From Nitrososphaeraceae archaeon (lineage in GTDB: Archaea; Thermoproteota; Nitrososphaeria; Nitrososphaerales; Nitrososphaeraceae): a stretch of 64,000 nucleotides of DNA. Where the stretch lies: positions 8,687 through 72,686 of the forward strand of contig JASKBU010000088.1 in NCBI GenBank assembly GCA_033272285.1, written 5' to 3'. Position numbers and translations under genes: made by a program. This document shows, piece after piece, positions 55,158-64,000 of this stretch; positions within the stretch are counted from its first letter, which is position 1; every line of letters starts with the position of its first letter. The notes beneath the pieces are model-generated. The model was not told the origin of the DNA. It worked only from the letters and a program-made list of their open reading frames with translations, and made no database searches.

Positions 55158-56321
55158 TTGTCAAAGGACCTGGAATACATTCGAGACAAGAAGAGCTTGG
55201 ATTATGGTTCTTTATCAACTCATTACAGGAGAGTTCTTGTTGTTTGTATTGACAGGGACGACGACCTGGGTAAAAACGCTGGCGTTGAAACTCCTGTCTT
55301 TGGAAGAGATCAATGCATAAGTGCAGGCACTAGATTGGCAATTGAAGATCCAGAGGATGATGATGCTAATGCAATTTTTGGCGCTGTCAAAATATATGAA
55401 GAGCTTGTAACAAAGGGCATTGAAACTGAGGTTGCCGTAATAACGGGCGCCTATAATCGTGGTATAGAGGCAGACGAAAAAATATCCTCGGAGCTCATAA
55501 CAGTGTTGTCAAAGTTTAAGGCAGATGGAATTGTCGTAGTATCAGATGGGGAGGACGATGAGACAGTAATACCTCTATTACAGGCCATGGTACCTGTGAT
55601 CTCTATTCAGCGAATAATAATGAGGCATAGTAGGAGTGTAGAATACTCTTATGCTGTTTTTGGTAAGTATGTAAAGATGTTAGTTTACGATCCAAGATAT
55701 TCAAAATTCTTTTTGGGTGTACCAGGGGCGCTACTTATCTCAAGTGGGTTTGCAACCATTTTTGGCTTTACGAGAGAAGCGTTGGCCATAGTTCTTAGTG
55801 TATTGGGTGTTGCATTTATTATCAGAGCATTTGATATTGACAAGTCACTTGGATCCCTAAATAGGACTACGCCATCAACTTTCATCAGAATATTTTCGAC
55901 GTTTGCAGGAATCATGATAATATTGGTTGGTATATCAAATGGGTTTTCGAGTATCCCTGATGGCGCCATACCAAAGGACGCAGGCCTTTCTCAAATAATT
56001 ACAAATAGGGCTGTAGTAGGAGCCTTTGTGCACGGTTCAATTACTCTAATTTGGATTGGATTGGCGACTATTTTTGGCGGAATACTCCTTAGCAACTGGT
56101 TCAAAGGAAGCATTAGGATTCTATCAGATATCCTGAGATTGGTTGTGCTGGGATTGATTTACATTCCCGCAATTCAATTTACTTCAGTCTTAACGGAAAA
56201 AACAAATCCTTTCAATCTTATCTCTTCTTTATTTATCGGTCTAGCTATTACGCTTGTCGCGACAACATTTTTGTTTCAGTATTTCAGAAACAAAAAAGGT
56301 GGAGAACACCTAAAGCATTAG
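55158..56321 (+). CDS. DUF373-family integral membrane protein
   Basis: Soluble N-terminal domain (VLVVCIDRDDDLG...EDPEDDDANAIFGA), then about 6-7 TM segments. TTG start. Family assigned from memory. Confidence 0.6.
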   Translation: MSKDLEYIRDKKSLDYGSLSTHYRRVLVVCIDRDDDLGKNAGVETPVFGRDQCISAGTRLAIEDPEDDDANAIFGAVKIYEELVTKGIETEVAVITGAYNRGIEADEKISSELITVLSKFKADGIVVVSDGEDDETVIPLLQAMVPVISIQRIIMRHSRSVEYSYAVFGKYVKMLVYDPRYSKFFLGVPGALLISSGFATIFGFTREALAIVLSVLGVAFIIRAFDIDKSLGSLNRTTPSTFIRIFSTFAGIMIILVGISNGFSSIPDGAIPKDAGLSQIITNRAVVGAFVHGSITLIWIGLATIFGGILLSNWFKGSIRILSDILRLVVLGLIYIPAIQFTSVLTEKTNPFNLISSLFIGLAITLVATTFLFQYFRNKKGGEHLKH

Positions 56322-56375
56322 CAATTGCGTTCACAGAGTTATTATATGATTTAAAATCATTTACTTTGAGGGCAA

Positions 56376-57167
56376 ATGCGCGGACTCTTTTATTATCTAA
56401 TCAATAATAATTGGTTTTATCGATTCTATGAAAGAAAATTAGAATCACAGATTAGAAAAGATCCGCTTCCAAATCATGTTGCAATTATACTGGATGGTAA
56501 TAGGCGATGGGCTAAATATCATTTCTTGGCAAGCAAAGGCGCGCATAAAATGGGCGCTGACAAGGCCGAACAGTTACTAACTTGGATTTATGACCTTAAG
56601 ATAAAAATAACTACTCTTTATGTATTGTCTATCGAAAACCTCGAACGTGACAAGAAGGAATTGGAAGACATCTATAATCTTCTTGGAATAAAACTTGAAA
56701 AATTATACAATGATTCACGAATACACGAAAGGGAAATGAAAATAAAAGCCATTGGAAATATCGATGCTCTCCCACAATCAATAAAAGATATTTTGTTTAA
56801 ACTTGAAAAAGAGACAAATCATTACGATCTGACTTTTCTAAACATCGCCATAGCTTATGGTGGGCAGCAAGAATTAGTTGATGCGATTAGAAAAATTGCT
56901 CATGATGTAGAAAAAAGAGAACTAAAAATTTCAGAGATCACAGAGCAGTCAATTGATTCATATCTTTATACTTCACACCTACCGCAGCCAGAGCCTGACC
57001 TTATACTCAGAACTTCTGGTGAAAAGAGACTGAGCGGTTTTTTGTTATGGCAAAGTGCATACAGTGAACTAGTTTTTATGGACGTATTTTGGCCCGAATT
57101 CCGAAAAATTGATCTTATGAGAGCGATTAGAACATTTCAAAGACGACGTAGAAGATACGGAAAATAA
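56376..57167 (+). CDS. uppS: cis-prenyltransferase (undecaprenyl diphosphate synthase family)
   Basis: HVAIILDGNRRWA and RTSGEKRLSGFLLWQSAYSEL. Confidence 0.92.
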   Translation: MRGLFYYLINNNWFYRFYERKLESQIRKDPLPNHVAIILDGNRRWAKYHFLASKGAHKMGADKAEQLLTWIYDLKIKITTLYVLSIENLERDKKELEDIYNLLGIKLEKLYNDSRIHEREMKIKAIGNIDALPQSIKDILFKLEKETNHYDLTFLNIAIAYGGQQELVDAIRKIAHDVEKRELKISEITEQSIDSYLYTSHLPQPEPDLILRTSGEKRLSGFLLWQSAYSELVFMDVFWPEFRKIDLMRAIRTFQRRRRRYGK

Positions 57168-57205
57168 GAAAATGTTGATATGTCTATCTTGCAAGTATAA
57201 AACAA

Positions 57206-57358
57206 ATGCCGCAGCATGGTGATTACGATCAAAAAAGTGCTAAATGGTTTTGCAGTATCTGGGTAGATAAGAAAGAATGGCTGGAAATTCATGGATATTC
57301 CCCACTTGCTACTAATTTTGATACGGATGAAGAAGAAGAAGTCGTAGAGAGCAGTTAG
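57206..57358 (+). CDS. possible small acidic-tailed protein (50 aa)
   Basis: Sequence is MPQHGDYDQKSAKWFCSIWVDKKEWLEIHGYSPLATNFDTDEEEEVVESS. It looks more protein-like than the Phe-rich antisense ORF 57137-57361. Confidence 0.25.
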   Translation: MPQHGDYDQKSAKWFCSIWVDKKEWLEIHGYSPLATNFDTDEEEEVVESS

Positions 57359-57385
57359 CACCTATCGAGTTAGTAGTTATTTGAA

Positions 57386-57823
57386 ATGATGATAGAAAAA
57401 TCTGCTGGGTTTATCCTCATCACAGATGATTTTGAAACTGATGACTATTCTGTATTATTACTTCATTACACATCAGGTCACTGGGACTATCCTAAGGGAA
57501 ATATAGAAACTAATGAAACTGAATTAGAAGCTGCTACAAGGGAACTACAAGAAGAGACTGGTATTGAAATCTTTAGAGTGATACCAAACTTTAGATACGT
57601 ACTAGATTATAAATACACTAGAAAGACTATGTTAATCTCAAAACAAGTAACTTTATTTCTTGCATCTACAGGAGTAAGAAAAATAATGATATCTCATGAG
57701 CACATAGGTTATAGTTGGGTCAAAAAAAGCGATGCAATTACTCAGTTGACGTACAAAAATGCCAAAAGTGCATTAAAACAGGCAATAAATTTCTTGGAAA
57801 AACCATCATCCAATATCCAATAG
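57386..57823 (+). CDS. NUDIX hydrolase (Ap4A hydrolase-like)
   Basis: Nudix box GHWDYPKGNIETNETELEAATRELQEETGI. Confidence 0.85.
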   Translation: MMIEKSAGFILITDDFETDDYSVLLLHYTSGHWDYPKGNIETNETELEAATRELQEETGIEIFRVIPNFRYVLDYKYTRKTMLISKQVTLFLASTGVRKIMISHEHIGYSWVKKSDAITQLTYKNAKSALKQAINFLEKPSSNIQ

Positions 57824-57953
57824 TAATATGTGTGGATGCTCCAGCAATTTTTGGAATTTTTGTCGAAACAAGTACCTTATCAAGTAAATAAACATGGTAT
57901 GACGAAGTACAGGAAAATCATCAGATAGTATAGAAAGTAGTGTTTGAAACCAT

Positions 57954-58742
57954 TCAACCAGTAATGAAACTTTTTGTGTATCTTAATGAAGAGGCTTTGG
58001 AATTTATAATATCTGATAGGGCCTTGCGTTTGTTTTTTGAATTTAGTACAGAGCGACCTATTATCAAATAATCACTTCCGCTGCGCATGGCAGTTTTTGC
58101 GTTACCTCCTTGAGTACCTATACCAGGTGAATAAACGGGGATACTAGAAATCGATGAAATGTGTTTCAAAACTCTCGAGTGTGTGGCACCCACTACAATT
58201 CCATCGACTTTAGTCGTTTTGGCGTATTTCAAGAAGAGCTCAAATAGAGGAACGACCTTACTTTCTTTTGATCTACTGTAAATAGTATTCAAACCATATC
58301 CTTCATTGACACTTTCGTGGCTCATATAGACAAGTGATATTATACCCATGCCGAGTTTGTGGGTAAATTGAACTAAAGATGCCAATTGTTTGTGTCCGAT
58401 AATCGGATTTACTATAACTGAATCAAAGCCCATTGAATGCAAATGCTGTACGGTTACTTGATTCGTATTTCCTATATCATTTAATTTAATATCCGCAATT
58501 GAAAGCAAACCATGGGAATGTATGACTCTGTTGATGCTTTGAATATCTTTCTTGGCAAATGGCAATATAATATGAAAGTTAATTTTAATTGCGCATATAA
58601 ACGGGTAAAGATTTTTTACTAATTTTTCAATATACTTGAGATTAGAATCTTGTGGATCCAAGTCCAGGGCTAGTATTATGAAGCTTTTATGATTACTTGA
58701 AGCACGAGCAATTCGTTCTCCATATGGGATTTTACTCATCAA
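57954..58742 (-). CDS. pyrF: orotidine 5'-phosphate decarboxylase
   Basis: ILALDLD, AIKINFH, ADIKLNDIGNT and SPGIGTQGG...LIIGRS motifs. Confidence 0.85.
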   Translation of the reverse strand: MMSKIPYGERIARASSNHKSFIILALDLDPQDSNLKYIEKLVKNLYPFICAIKINFHIILPFAKKDIQSINRVIHSHGLLSIADIKLNDIGNTNQVTVQHLHSMGFDSVIVNPIIGHKQLASLVQFTHKLGMGIISLVYMSHESVNEGYGLNTIYSRSKESKVVPLFELFLKYAKTTKVDGIVVGATHSRVLKHISSISSIPVYSPGIGTQGGNAKTAMRSGSDYLIIGRSVLNSKNKRKALSDIINSKASSLRYTKSFITG

Positions 58743-59412
58743 TCTTCACTAGGGGATGTGAACCGGATAATTTTATTAGTTTGATATAGATGTAACCATG
58801 CTCGTCAATATTGTTTGTAAAAGTCGGATTATCAGATTTCAAACTAGAGTATTTTATGAAACAATTAACTGGATTATCTGGAAGAGTTGTATAGTAAAAA
58901 TACGAGACTCCATCAGATTCGGCCATATTCAATGCTGTCCCTACAATATATTTGGAGTTCTTGGAGCTATTAAAAACAAAAAGAGGAAGCGGTGATTCTT
59001 CATACATCATTTTGTAAGATGCAATCTTTACTAGGCTTTGGAAATTGGCTAATTTTATTGGTGCATAATTTGAATTCTTGACGCCTTTTGGTCTGCGCCA
59101 AAATATTTGTGGAAACTTTTCAACAGAAATTATCGGAGAATACATAACCGAAGGATTTTGTATATTAGCGACTATTGCTACATCCTCGTAGCTGCCACTG
59201 TTTTTATAGGCAAGATATTGGCCAGCGCTTGAATATTTGACGTAGTATATCACAGGAATATTGTTCAGAAAATCAATTTGCGTTGCCAATAAATTTTCTT
59301 TGCCAGACTTAAATGAAAACGTCAAAAGTGGAGTTCGTTCAAAAGCGCATACAAGCCTACCAAAATCTTGAATTGTAGAAACCTCGATAAAGAATGGGGA
59401 TTTAATTTGCAA
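58732..59412 (-). CDS. hypothetical protein translationally coupled to pyrF
   Basis: 226 aa, beta-rich, no motif. The 3' end overlaps the pyrF start by 11 nt. purA is 85 nt upstream. Confidence 0.6.
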   Translation of the reverse strand: MQIKSPFFIEVSTIQDFGRLVCAFERTPLLTFSFKSGKENLLATQIDFLNNIPVIYYVKYSSAGQYLAYKNSGSYEDVAIVANIQNPSVMYSPIISVEKFPQIFWRRPKGVKNSNYAPIKLANFQSLVKIASYKMMYEESPLPLFVFNSSKNSKYIVGTALNMAESDGVSYFYYTTLPDNPVNCFIKYSSLKSDNPTFTNNIDEHGYIYIKLIKLSGSHPLVKIDE

Positions 59413-59496
59413 TGCTCTACATTTTAAAACTACATTATTAAAATCATGCGAAAAGACTTGTCTGGAAGAAGATATTTCTCTTCAAAATTAATTTTC

Positions 59497-60498
59497 TTAC
59501 CTGCGATCGATTATTTGGTTAATCTCGGCCCCAGTACCTATGAGAACAACTTTAACACCGAGATTGGCCTCTATGTTCTCAATAAATTGTCTTGGTTTAG
59601 AAGTCAATTTAGAATATTCCGTTAGGCCGGCACATTCCGGAAATACTACGTCTAGTTTGGTAACTGCTAATTGCGTGGCGCTGTTTATTTTTATCGATTT
59701 TTTGGCTAATTCCAAGTTAAAAGGTGATGCCCTTCTTTGTCGGCCAGTTACACTTCCGTATTCTACCCAACCTAATTTGGCGGCTTCATCAGGGCTAATT
59801 TCATTTTCCAGTGGCCCACCACCTACGCGGGTAACATATGCCTTAAAGACTAAAATAACATCGTCGACCTTCTTGGGTCCTATTCCAACGTCTGAACATA
59901 TACCCGAAGCAGTAACATCTTTAGAAGTCACAAATGGATAATCGCCGTGGTACAAAGACAGAAATGTTCCTTGTGTTCCTTCTATGAGAACTGATTGACT
60001 TTTGTCGATAGATTCATTGACAATATCGGAAACATTGCCAAGATATTTCTTTAAACTATCCACATTTTTTGCAAGATTCAAGATCCTCAATGCACGATCC
60101 GAATTAGCCGGGCCAGTACCAGTTCCAGTGGTTCCAATAGTATTCTTAAGGTGTGAATTCTCTTTATCCCTTTTAATATGTGACTCATCAATTATCCCGC
60201 AATGATTATCTATTATTGTTCTATTTTCAGCATTATACTTGCGAGACTCATCTATCAAGACTTCCGGTGTTATGAGGACTCCTGCTCCTATCAAGAGCTG
60301 TGTTTCAGGATTTAAAACAGCGCTTGGCAGCATGCGCACCTTGTAAGTTTGATTGTTATGAACAAAAGTGTGACCAGCATTTGCACCAACACCCCCTCTT
60401 ACCGCTATTTTTGGATTGTCCTTTAAAGATAGATATGCGATTATCTTTCCCTTTCCTTCATCTCCGTAAAAGCCTCCGACTATTACATTACAGGTCAT
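59497..60498 (-). CDS. purA: adenylosuccinate synthetase (short archaeal form)
   Basis: GGFYGDEGKGK P-loop, GTTGTGTGPA, and SVTGRQRR. Confidence 0.92.
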   Translation of the reverse strand: MTCNVIVGGFYGDEGKGKIIAYLSLKDNPKIAVRGGVGANAGHTFVHNNQTYKVRMLPSAVLNPETQLLIGAGVLITPEVLIDESRKYNAENRTIIDNHCGIIDESHIKRDKENSHLKNTIGTTGTGTGPANSDRALRILNLAKNVDSLKKYLGNVSDIVNESIDKSQSVLIEGTQGTFLSLYHGDYPFVTSKDVTASGICSDVGIGPKKVDDVILVFKAYVTRVGGGPLENEISPDEAAKLGWVEYGSVTGRQRRASPFNLELAKKSIKINSATQLAVTKLDVVFPECAGLTEYSKLTSKPRQFIENIEANLGVKVVLIGTGAEINQIIDRR

Positions 60499-60707
60499 TT
60501 CCAGTTCACATTAAATTACAAGTAAATATAAGGATAATCAAGTAATACTAAATTTCAAGGAATAAACTATTGTAGTTGATCATGAAGCTTTTACTCTATG
60601 CGCCGGGCTTAGTCATACAGGCAAGGTTTATGCTACAGTACTAAAAAACAATGCCACTAATTGACACAATTTTATATAGTCGATTTTGATTAAAGATAAT
60701 ATTTAAA

Positions 60708-61058
60708 ATGGATTATGAAAACTTATGCAAAGGGATATTAGCCCTAGATCCAAAAATTCGCTTTGCCGGAGTATGTGACGAGACAGGAGAAATAAAATAT
60801 GGTGGTCAGCGTGATGGACTGGCTAATTTGTTAACTGCTGAAGAAACAAAGAGATCTAATTTGCAAGCACTTGCGAGATGGGGATTGCGGAATTCCTTGG
60901 CATCCAAAGTTGGCAAAGGAAAGTATGCCATGGCAGAGTATGAAAAGATTAAGCGAATCACTGCTCCTCTGGATAACGATCATCTCCTGCTGGTTACAAC
61001 AGAAGTGGATGCAGATCACCAGAATGTAATAGCCAAGGTTCTAAAATTAATTCAATGA
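60708..61058 (+). CDS. uncharacterised small protein, paralogue of the N-domain of 2536-3060
   Basis: 116 aa. It aligns by eye over its full length with aa 1-115 of ORF 2536-3060. Confidence 0.6.
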   Translation: MDYENLCKGILALDPKIRFAGVCDETGEIKYGGQRDGLANLLTAEETKRSNLQALARWGLRNSLASKVGKGKYAMAEYEKIKRITAPLDNDHLLLVTTEVDADHQNVIAKVLKLIQ

Positions 61059-61113
61059 TTATCTCTATCTTTGTTTTTTTGACGCTTACTAGGAAGTCGA
61101 CTGAAACTAGAAA

Positions 61114-61512
61114 TCACTTTATCCATCCATGTTCATGCTCTCTTTGATCATGTGATGCTCCTACGCCGGTGACTCCTCCCATGTAGTCACCATACACAGC
61201 GACGACATCTTTCAAATCTGAGAGCTCTTTGAGAAATTCCAGTGTTAATTTATCGTTAAATGCGTAGTGGGTACCGCTATCATGTATTGTCGGATTCATC
61301 CCAGTCTTGCTAATTATATAAGTCCGCATTTCTTCTGAATTAATTTCTGGTTTAGTAAACACTTCAATTAAATAAAAAGGGTCTTTATCAGGGCTATTAC
61401 GATTTCTCATCAACAAATCATGAAGGAGTTTTGGATTAATCTTTGGAAGATGAATTTCATACAGAGTATTCAGACCCTCAAAGACTCTTTTAATTTCACT
61501 CAATTCTGACAA
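61114..61512 (-). CDS. hypothetical protein
   Basis: 132 aa. The C-terminal end is His-rich (SHDQREHEHGW). No motif. Confidence 0.5.
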   Translation of the reverse strand: MSELSEIKRVFEGLNTLYEIHLPKINPKLLHDLLMRNRNSPDKDPFYLIEVFTKPEINSEEMRTYIISKTGMNPTIHDSGTHYAFNDKLTLEFLKELSDLKDVVAVYGDYMGGVTGVGASHDQREHEHGWIK

Positions 61513-61712
61513 TTTTTAATCAATAATAATATGCGATTATAAGTATATGAGCATTTTTGGACATCATTTTTATAATCCTTACCATCGTATGATTGCCCAA
61601 ATTACTAGTATATCATTAATCACTACCAATTGATTGGTATTGAGTGAAACCTGTGGAAGAAGAAATAACATATTAAATACGCTATAAATATTTCATATTT
61701 GATAATCAATTA

Positions 61713-62174
61713 ATGGCTGGCTTCTCAAGTGACGGGGATATTGAAAACTTGATTTTTATTATAGCCAACCTTCCAGAATTTCTAAAAACTTCGGTTTGCA
61801 GAACTAAAACCAAGGAATTAATCGAAATGTCAGAGTCTGAAAAAAAGGAGACTATGATTAGGAGCTTGAGTTCCCTAAATTTGGTAGATGATAACAAGTT
61901 GATAGATTTAACAAAAACATGGATGAAAGTGATCTCAGAAATTGAACCTGATAAGCTTACGCAAATTTTGCATTGCTATCTACTGACATTAAGTAGTGTC
62001 AAGCTCTTTGACAAAATAGATCCAAAATTGATTTTGGATATATTCTCTTCACTTGAAGATAATCAAAGGAATAAATTGATGGTCTGTTTAAAGGAAGCAC
62101 TATTTCTTAATCCAAACAGAGACCGGGTTTTGAAAAATATTCCAACGAATCTTGCCAAAGTAATACTTAATTAA
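61713..62174 (+). CDS. hypothetical all-helical protein
   Basis: 153 aa with no motif. The 3' end overlaps the 3' end of 62171-62422 by 4 nt. Confidence 0.5.
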   Translation: MAGFSSDGDIENLIFIIANLPEFLKTSVCRTKTKELIEMSESEKKETMIRSLSSLNLVDDNKLIDLTKTWMKVISEIEPDKLTQILHCYLLTLSSVKLFDKIDPKLILDIFSSLEDNQRNKLMVCLKEALFLNPNRDRVLKNIPTNLAKVILN

Positions 62175-62422
62175 GGCGCTTCAGGATTTTCTGGATTTTT
62201 CTTTATTTCCTCCACTTTATCCAAACCAAAGAATCCTCTTTCATATTTTCTTAACGCTTTCCTGTGTTCTGGTAATGACATGTCTAAATGCATTTCATTA
62301 ATTACCATGACTCCGTATGTGGTCCATTCTTTCCAACAATCATTACACGATGGATATTTCAATGCTGACGGGTCTTCAATTTGTTTTTCCTCAAAATCTT
62401 TTCCGCATTTTAAGCATTTCAT
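62171..62422 (-). CDS. YggX-like Fe(2+)-trafficking protein with two extra CxxC pairs
   Basis: W.EW......MVINE..L......EHR..L......FFG matches my recollection of YggX. The N-terminus carries CLKC ... CNDC. Confidence 0.65.
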   Translation of the reverse strand: MKCLKCGKDFEEKQIEDPSALKYPSCNDCWKEWTTYGVMVINEMHLDMSLPEHRKALRKYERGFFGLDKVEEIKKNPENPEAP

Positions 62423-62490
62423 TAAAAGCTCATGAAACCTAAGGTTATTTTATTGTTTTATTCCACAAGCGCTTAATTTGGCCATTTACG

Positions 62491-62697
62491 CTACTTTTTG
62501 TAACTATGATTTTTTCTAATGTGATCCCGCATTACCTCCATTCCTTCGAACTTTGCGTTACATTTTTTACATTCGTATGTCTTGTTATCATGAGTAATTT
62601 GAAAATGCTGCATTAGGTTTTCTAATGTCCTGAAATTTTTTCCACAATAATCGCAGGTATTTTTATTAAAAAAACTAAACTTGTGAAATTTGAACAC
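62491..62697 (-). CDS. tandem double C2H2 zinc-finger protein (68 aa)
   Basis: CDYCGKNFRTLENLMQHFQITH and CKKCNAKFEGMEVMRDHIRKNH are both C-x2-C-x12-H-x4-H. Confidence 0.75.
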   Translation of the reverse strand: MFKFHKFSFFNKNTCDYCGKNFRTLENLMQHFQITHDNKTYECKKCNAKFEGMEVMRDHIRKNHSYKK

Positions 62698-62826
62698 AAT
62701 TCCAATATCTATTTTTTGGTATTTATATTATTATCAAATTCAACCTGAAATGGACACTACCATTGATATTCGACTTTATCTATTAATGAAAATCTTATTA
62801 TTTTCATTTTATATTTTGTAGTCACA

Positions 62827-63408
62827 ATGGGATTGTCTGGTCCTGCATTTTATTCCAGAAGTACGAAAGAAGTTGCAAGGGACCTCCTCGGCAAGAAGCT
62901 TATCAGAATAATTGATGATGGCTCAGGTAAGCTAATACGTCTATCTGGAATCATATCAGAAACGGAAGCATACGGTTCAAGGGACGACCCCGCAAGCCAT
63001 GCGTTTAATGGTATGACGAATAGAAATTCGGTAATGTTTGGAGATGTTGGTAAAGCCTATGTTTATTTTATTTATGGGATGCATCATTGTATGAATGTTA
63101 CTGCACATTCACCTGCTCATGATGCAGGAGCCGTGCTGATAAGATCATTGAATCCAACAGAGGGAATAAGCTCAATGATGAATCGATGTAATGTGCAGAA
63201 TAAATTAAATCTAACAAACGGGCCTGGGAAATTAACTAGGGCTCTGGATATTAACAGATCTCATAATGGATTGAGCTTATCTGATAGGCAATCATTATTG
63301 CACATTGAAGATGGGATAAAGCCTGATAAAGTAATCAATACTGCTAGAATCGGTATAAGTAGGGCTAGGGAAAAACATTGGCGATACCTTATCGTAGGCG
63401 ACAGATAA
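62827..63408 (+). CDS. mpg: DNA-3-methyladenine glycosylase (AAG/MPG family)
   Basis: ISETEAY, DPASHAF and VYFIYGMHHCMNV motifs. Confidence 0.88.
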   Translation: MGLSGPAFYSRSTKEVARDLLGKKLIRIIDDGSGKLIRLSGIISETEAYGSRDDPASHAFNGMTNRNSVMFGDVGKAYVYFIYGMHHCMNVTAHSPAHDAGAVLIRSLNPTEGISSMMNRCNVQNKLNLTNGPGKLTRALDINRSHNGLSLSDRQSLLHIEDGIKPDKVINTARIGISRAREKHWRYLIVGDR

Positions 63409-63451
63409 ACATGATAAATCAAAAGAAATTGGGCCTGGTTTTCTTGGACCG

Positions 63452-64000
63452 TTACCAATATTTTGCTTTTATTTTCTCAATTACCCTTTCGTGTTCAGGG
63501 CCCTTTCTTCTAGCATATCTCTCCATTGCACCTAATGGAACTCCGCCTAATGTTCGAGCGAGTCCTGCAAAAAAGACATTCTTTATTGGATTATCTCGGC
63601 CTACTTTGTGCATAAATTTCTGAATTCCGTATTTGAAATTATGTTGCCATGTCTTGTACATCACTCCCAATTTAGGAGGATCCATGGTATTCCCAATATC
63701 AAAGAAATCTGATTTTTCTAGCAATCCTATTGGAACAAATGTCAGTGGAGTAGTGGTGAACTTTGAATCTGGTTGTTCCGTTTCCAAAGAATGAATTAAT
63801 TCAATCGTGTCCCAACTGTCTTCGACAGTTTCATCATTATCCAGTCCCATTATTAATGTAAATGCAGGAACCCAATAGTTTTCATTTAATGTCTTTATTC
63901 CATTTTTTACTACCCAGTGCCATTCGGAAGGTTTGAATGGAGATAGCTTTCTATCTGCATATTTGCCGATTAAACGTATGCTGCCAGTTTCAAAACCACA
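63452..64000 (-). CDS. radical SAM family protein, C-terminal part (5' end outside window)
   Basis: The frame stays open to base 64000 (CGFETGSIRLIGKY...), beyond the listed Met at 63850. GFETGS resembles the G-[IV]-E-S-G-S motif of radical SAM enzymes. Confidence 0.6.
   Translation of the reverse strand, partial: CGFETGSIRLIGKYADRKLSPFKPSEWHWVVKNGIKTLNENYWVPAFTLIMGLDNDETVEDSWDTIELIHSLETEQPDSKFTTTPLTFVPIGLLEKSDFFDIGNTMDPPKLGVMYKTWQHNFKYGIQKFMHKVGRDNPIKNVFFAGLARTLGGVPLGAMERYARRKGPEHERVIEKIKAKYW

Noticed and set aside
57173-57358. Possible frameshifted zinc-ribbon gene: a 16-aa MLICLSCKYKTNAAAW ORF followed by the +1-frame 50-aa ORF.
   Set aside because: The downstream frame has only one Cys, so no second CxxC would complete a ribbon. 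There is no slippery sequence at the junction.
57137-57361. 74-aa minus-strand ORF after uppS.
   Set aside because: It is Phe/Ile-rich and overlaps the uppS 3' end by 31 nt. The plus-strand 50-aa ORF (57206-57358) with an acidic tail looks more protein-like, though it is also weak.

Overview
Visibly AT-rich archaeal chromosomal segment. The gene content points to an ammonia-oxidising thaumarchaeon (Nitrososphaerota, Nitrosopumilales-like). Supporting evidence: archaeal/eukaryal-type ribosomal proteins (P0, P1, L1, L7Ae, S28e, L24e, L37e, L40e, L18-S5-L30-L15-SecY-Adk-Cmk-Cbf5), aIF5B, SmAP, archease, class I CCA-adding enzyme, prefoldin-FtsY, and a 4-hydroxybutyryl-CoA dehydratase carrying the AbfD Fe-S ligand pattern (HP/HB carbon-fixation marker). 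The window is dominated by core housekeeping genes: succinate dehydrogenase sdhA-C-D-B, argF/argH, hisS, purA/purU/pyrF, apt/mtnP, mdh, glmM, uppS and ubiX. I saw no rRNA, CRISPR array, transposase, integrase or recognisable defence system. Four tRNA genes stand out as GC-rich islands and all four are intron-containing: Gln at a non-canonical site, Leu apparently with two introns, Arg and Ser with canonical introns. Several real genes fall below the ORF-track size cutoff: L37e, L40e, a DUF5679 zinc ribbon and three mini C2H2 zinc-finger proteins. I cannot name one clear undescribed system. The best candidates for uncharacterised biology are listed here. (1) A Sec-signal RTX beta-roll protein next to a hyper-acidic secreted repeat protein rich in N-glycosylation sequons. 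(2) A cluster of eukaryote-like C2H2 and MYND/HIT-like mini zinc-finger proteins. (3) A wHTH-led three-gene operon of unknown function. (4) A two-copy uncharacterised domain family, one copy fused to an HTH. (5) An overlapping thpR-cca-kinase operon. (6) An FtsY with a 178-aa charged C-terminal tail. All family assignments rest on motif recognition by eye and need HMM or structure confirmation.
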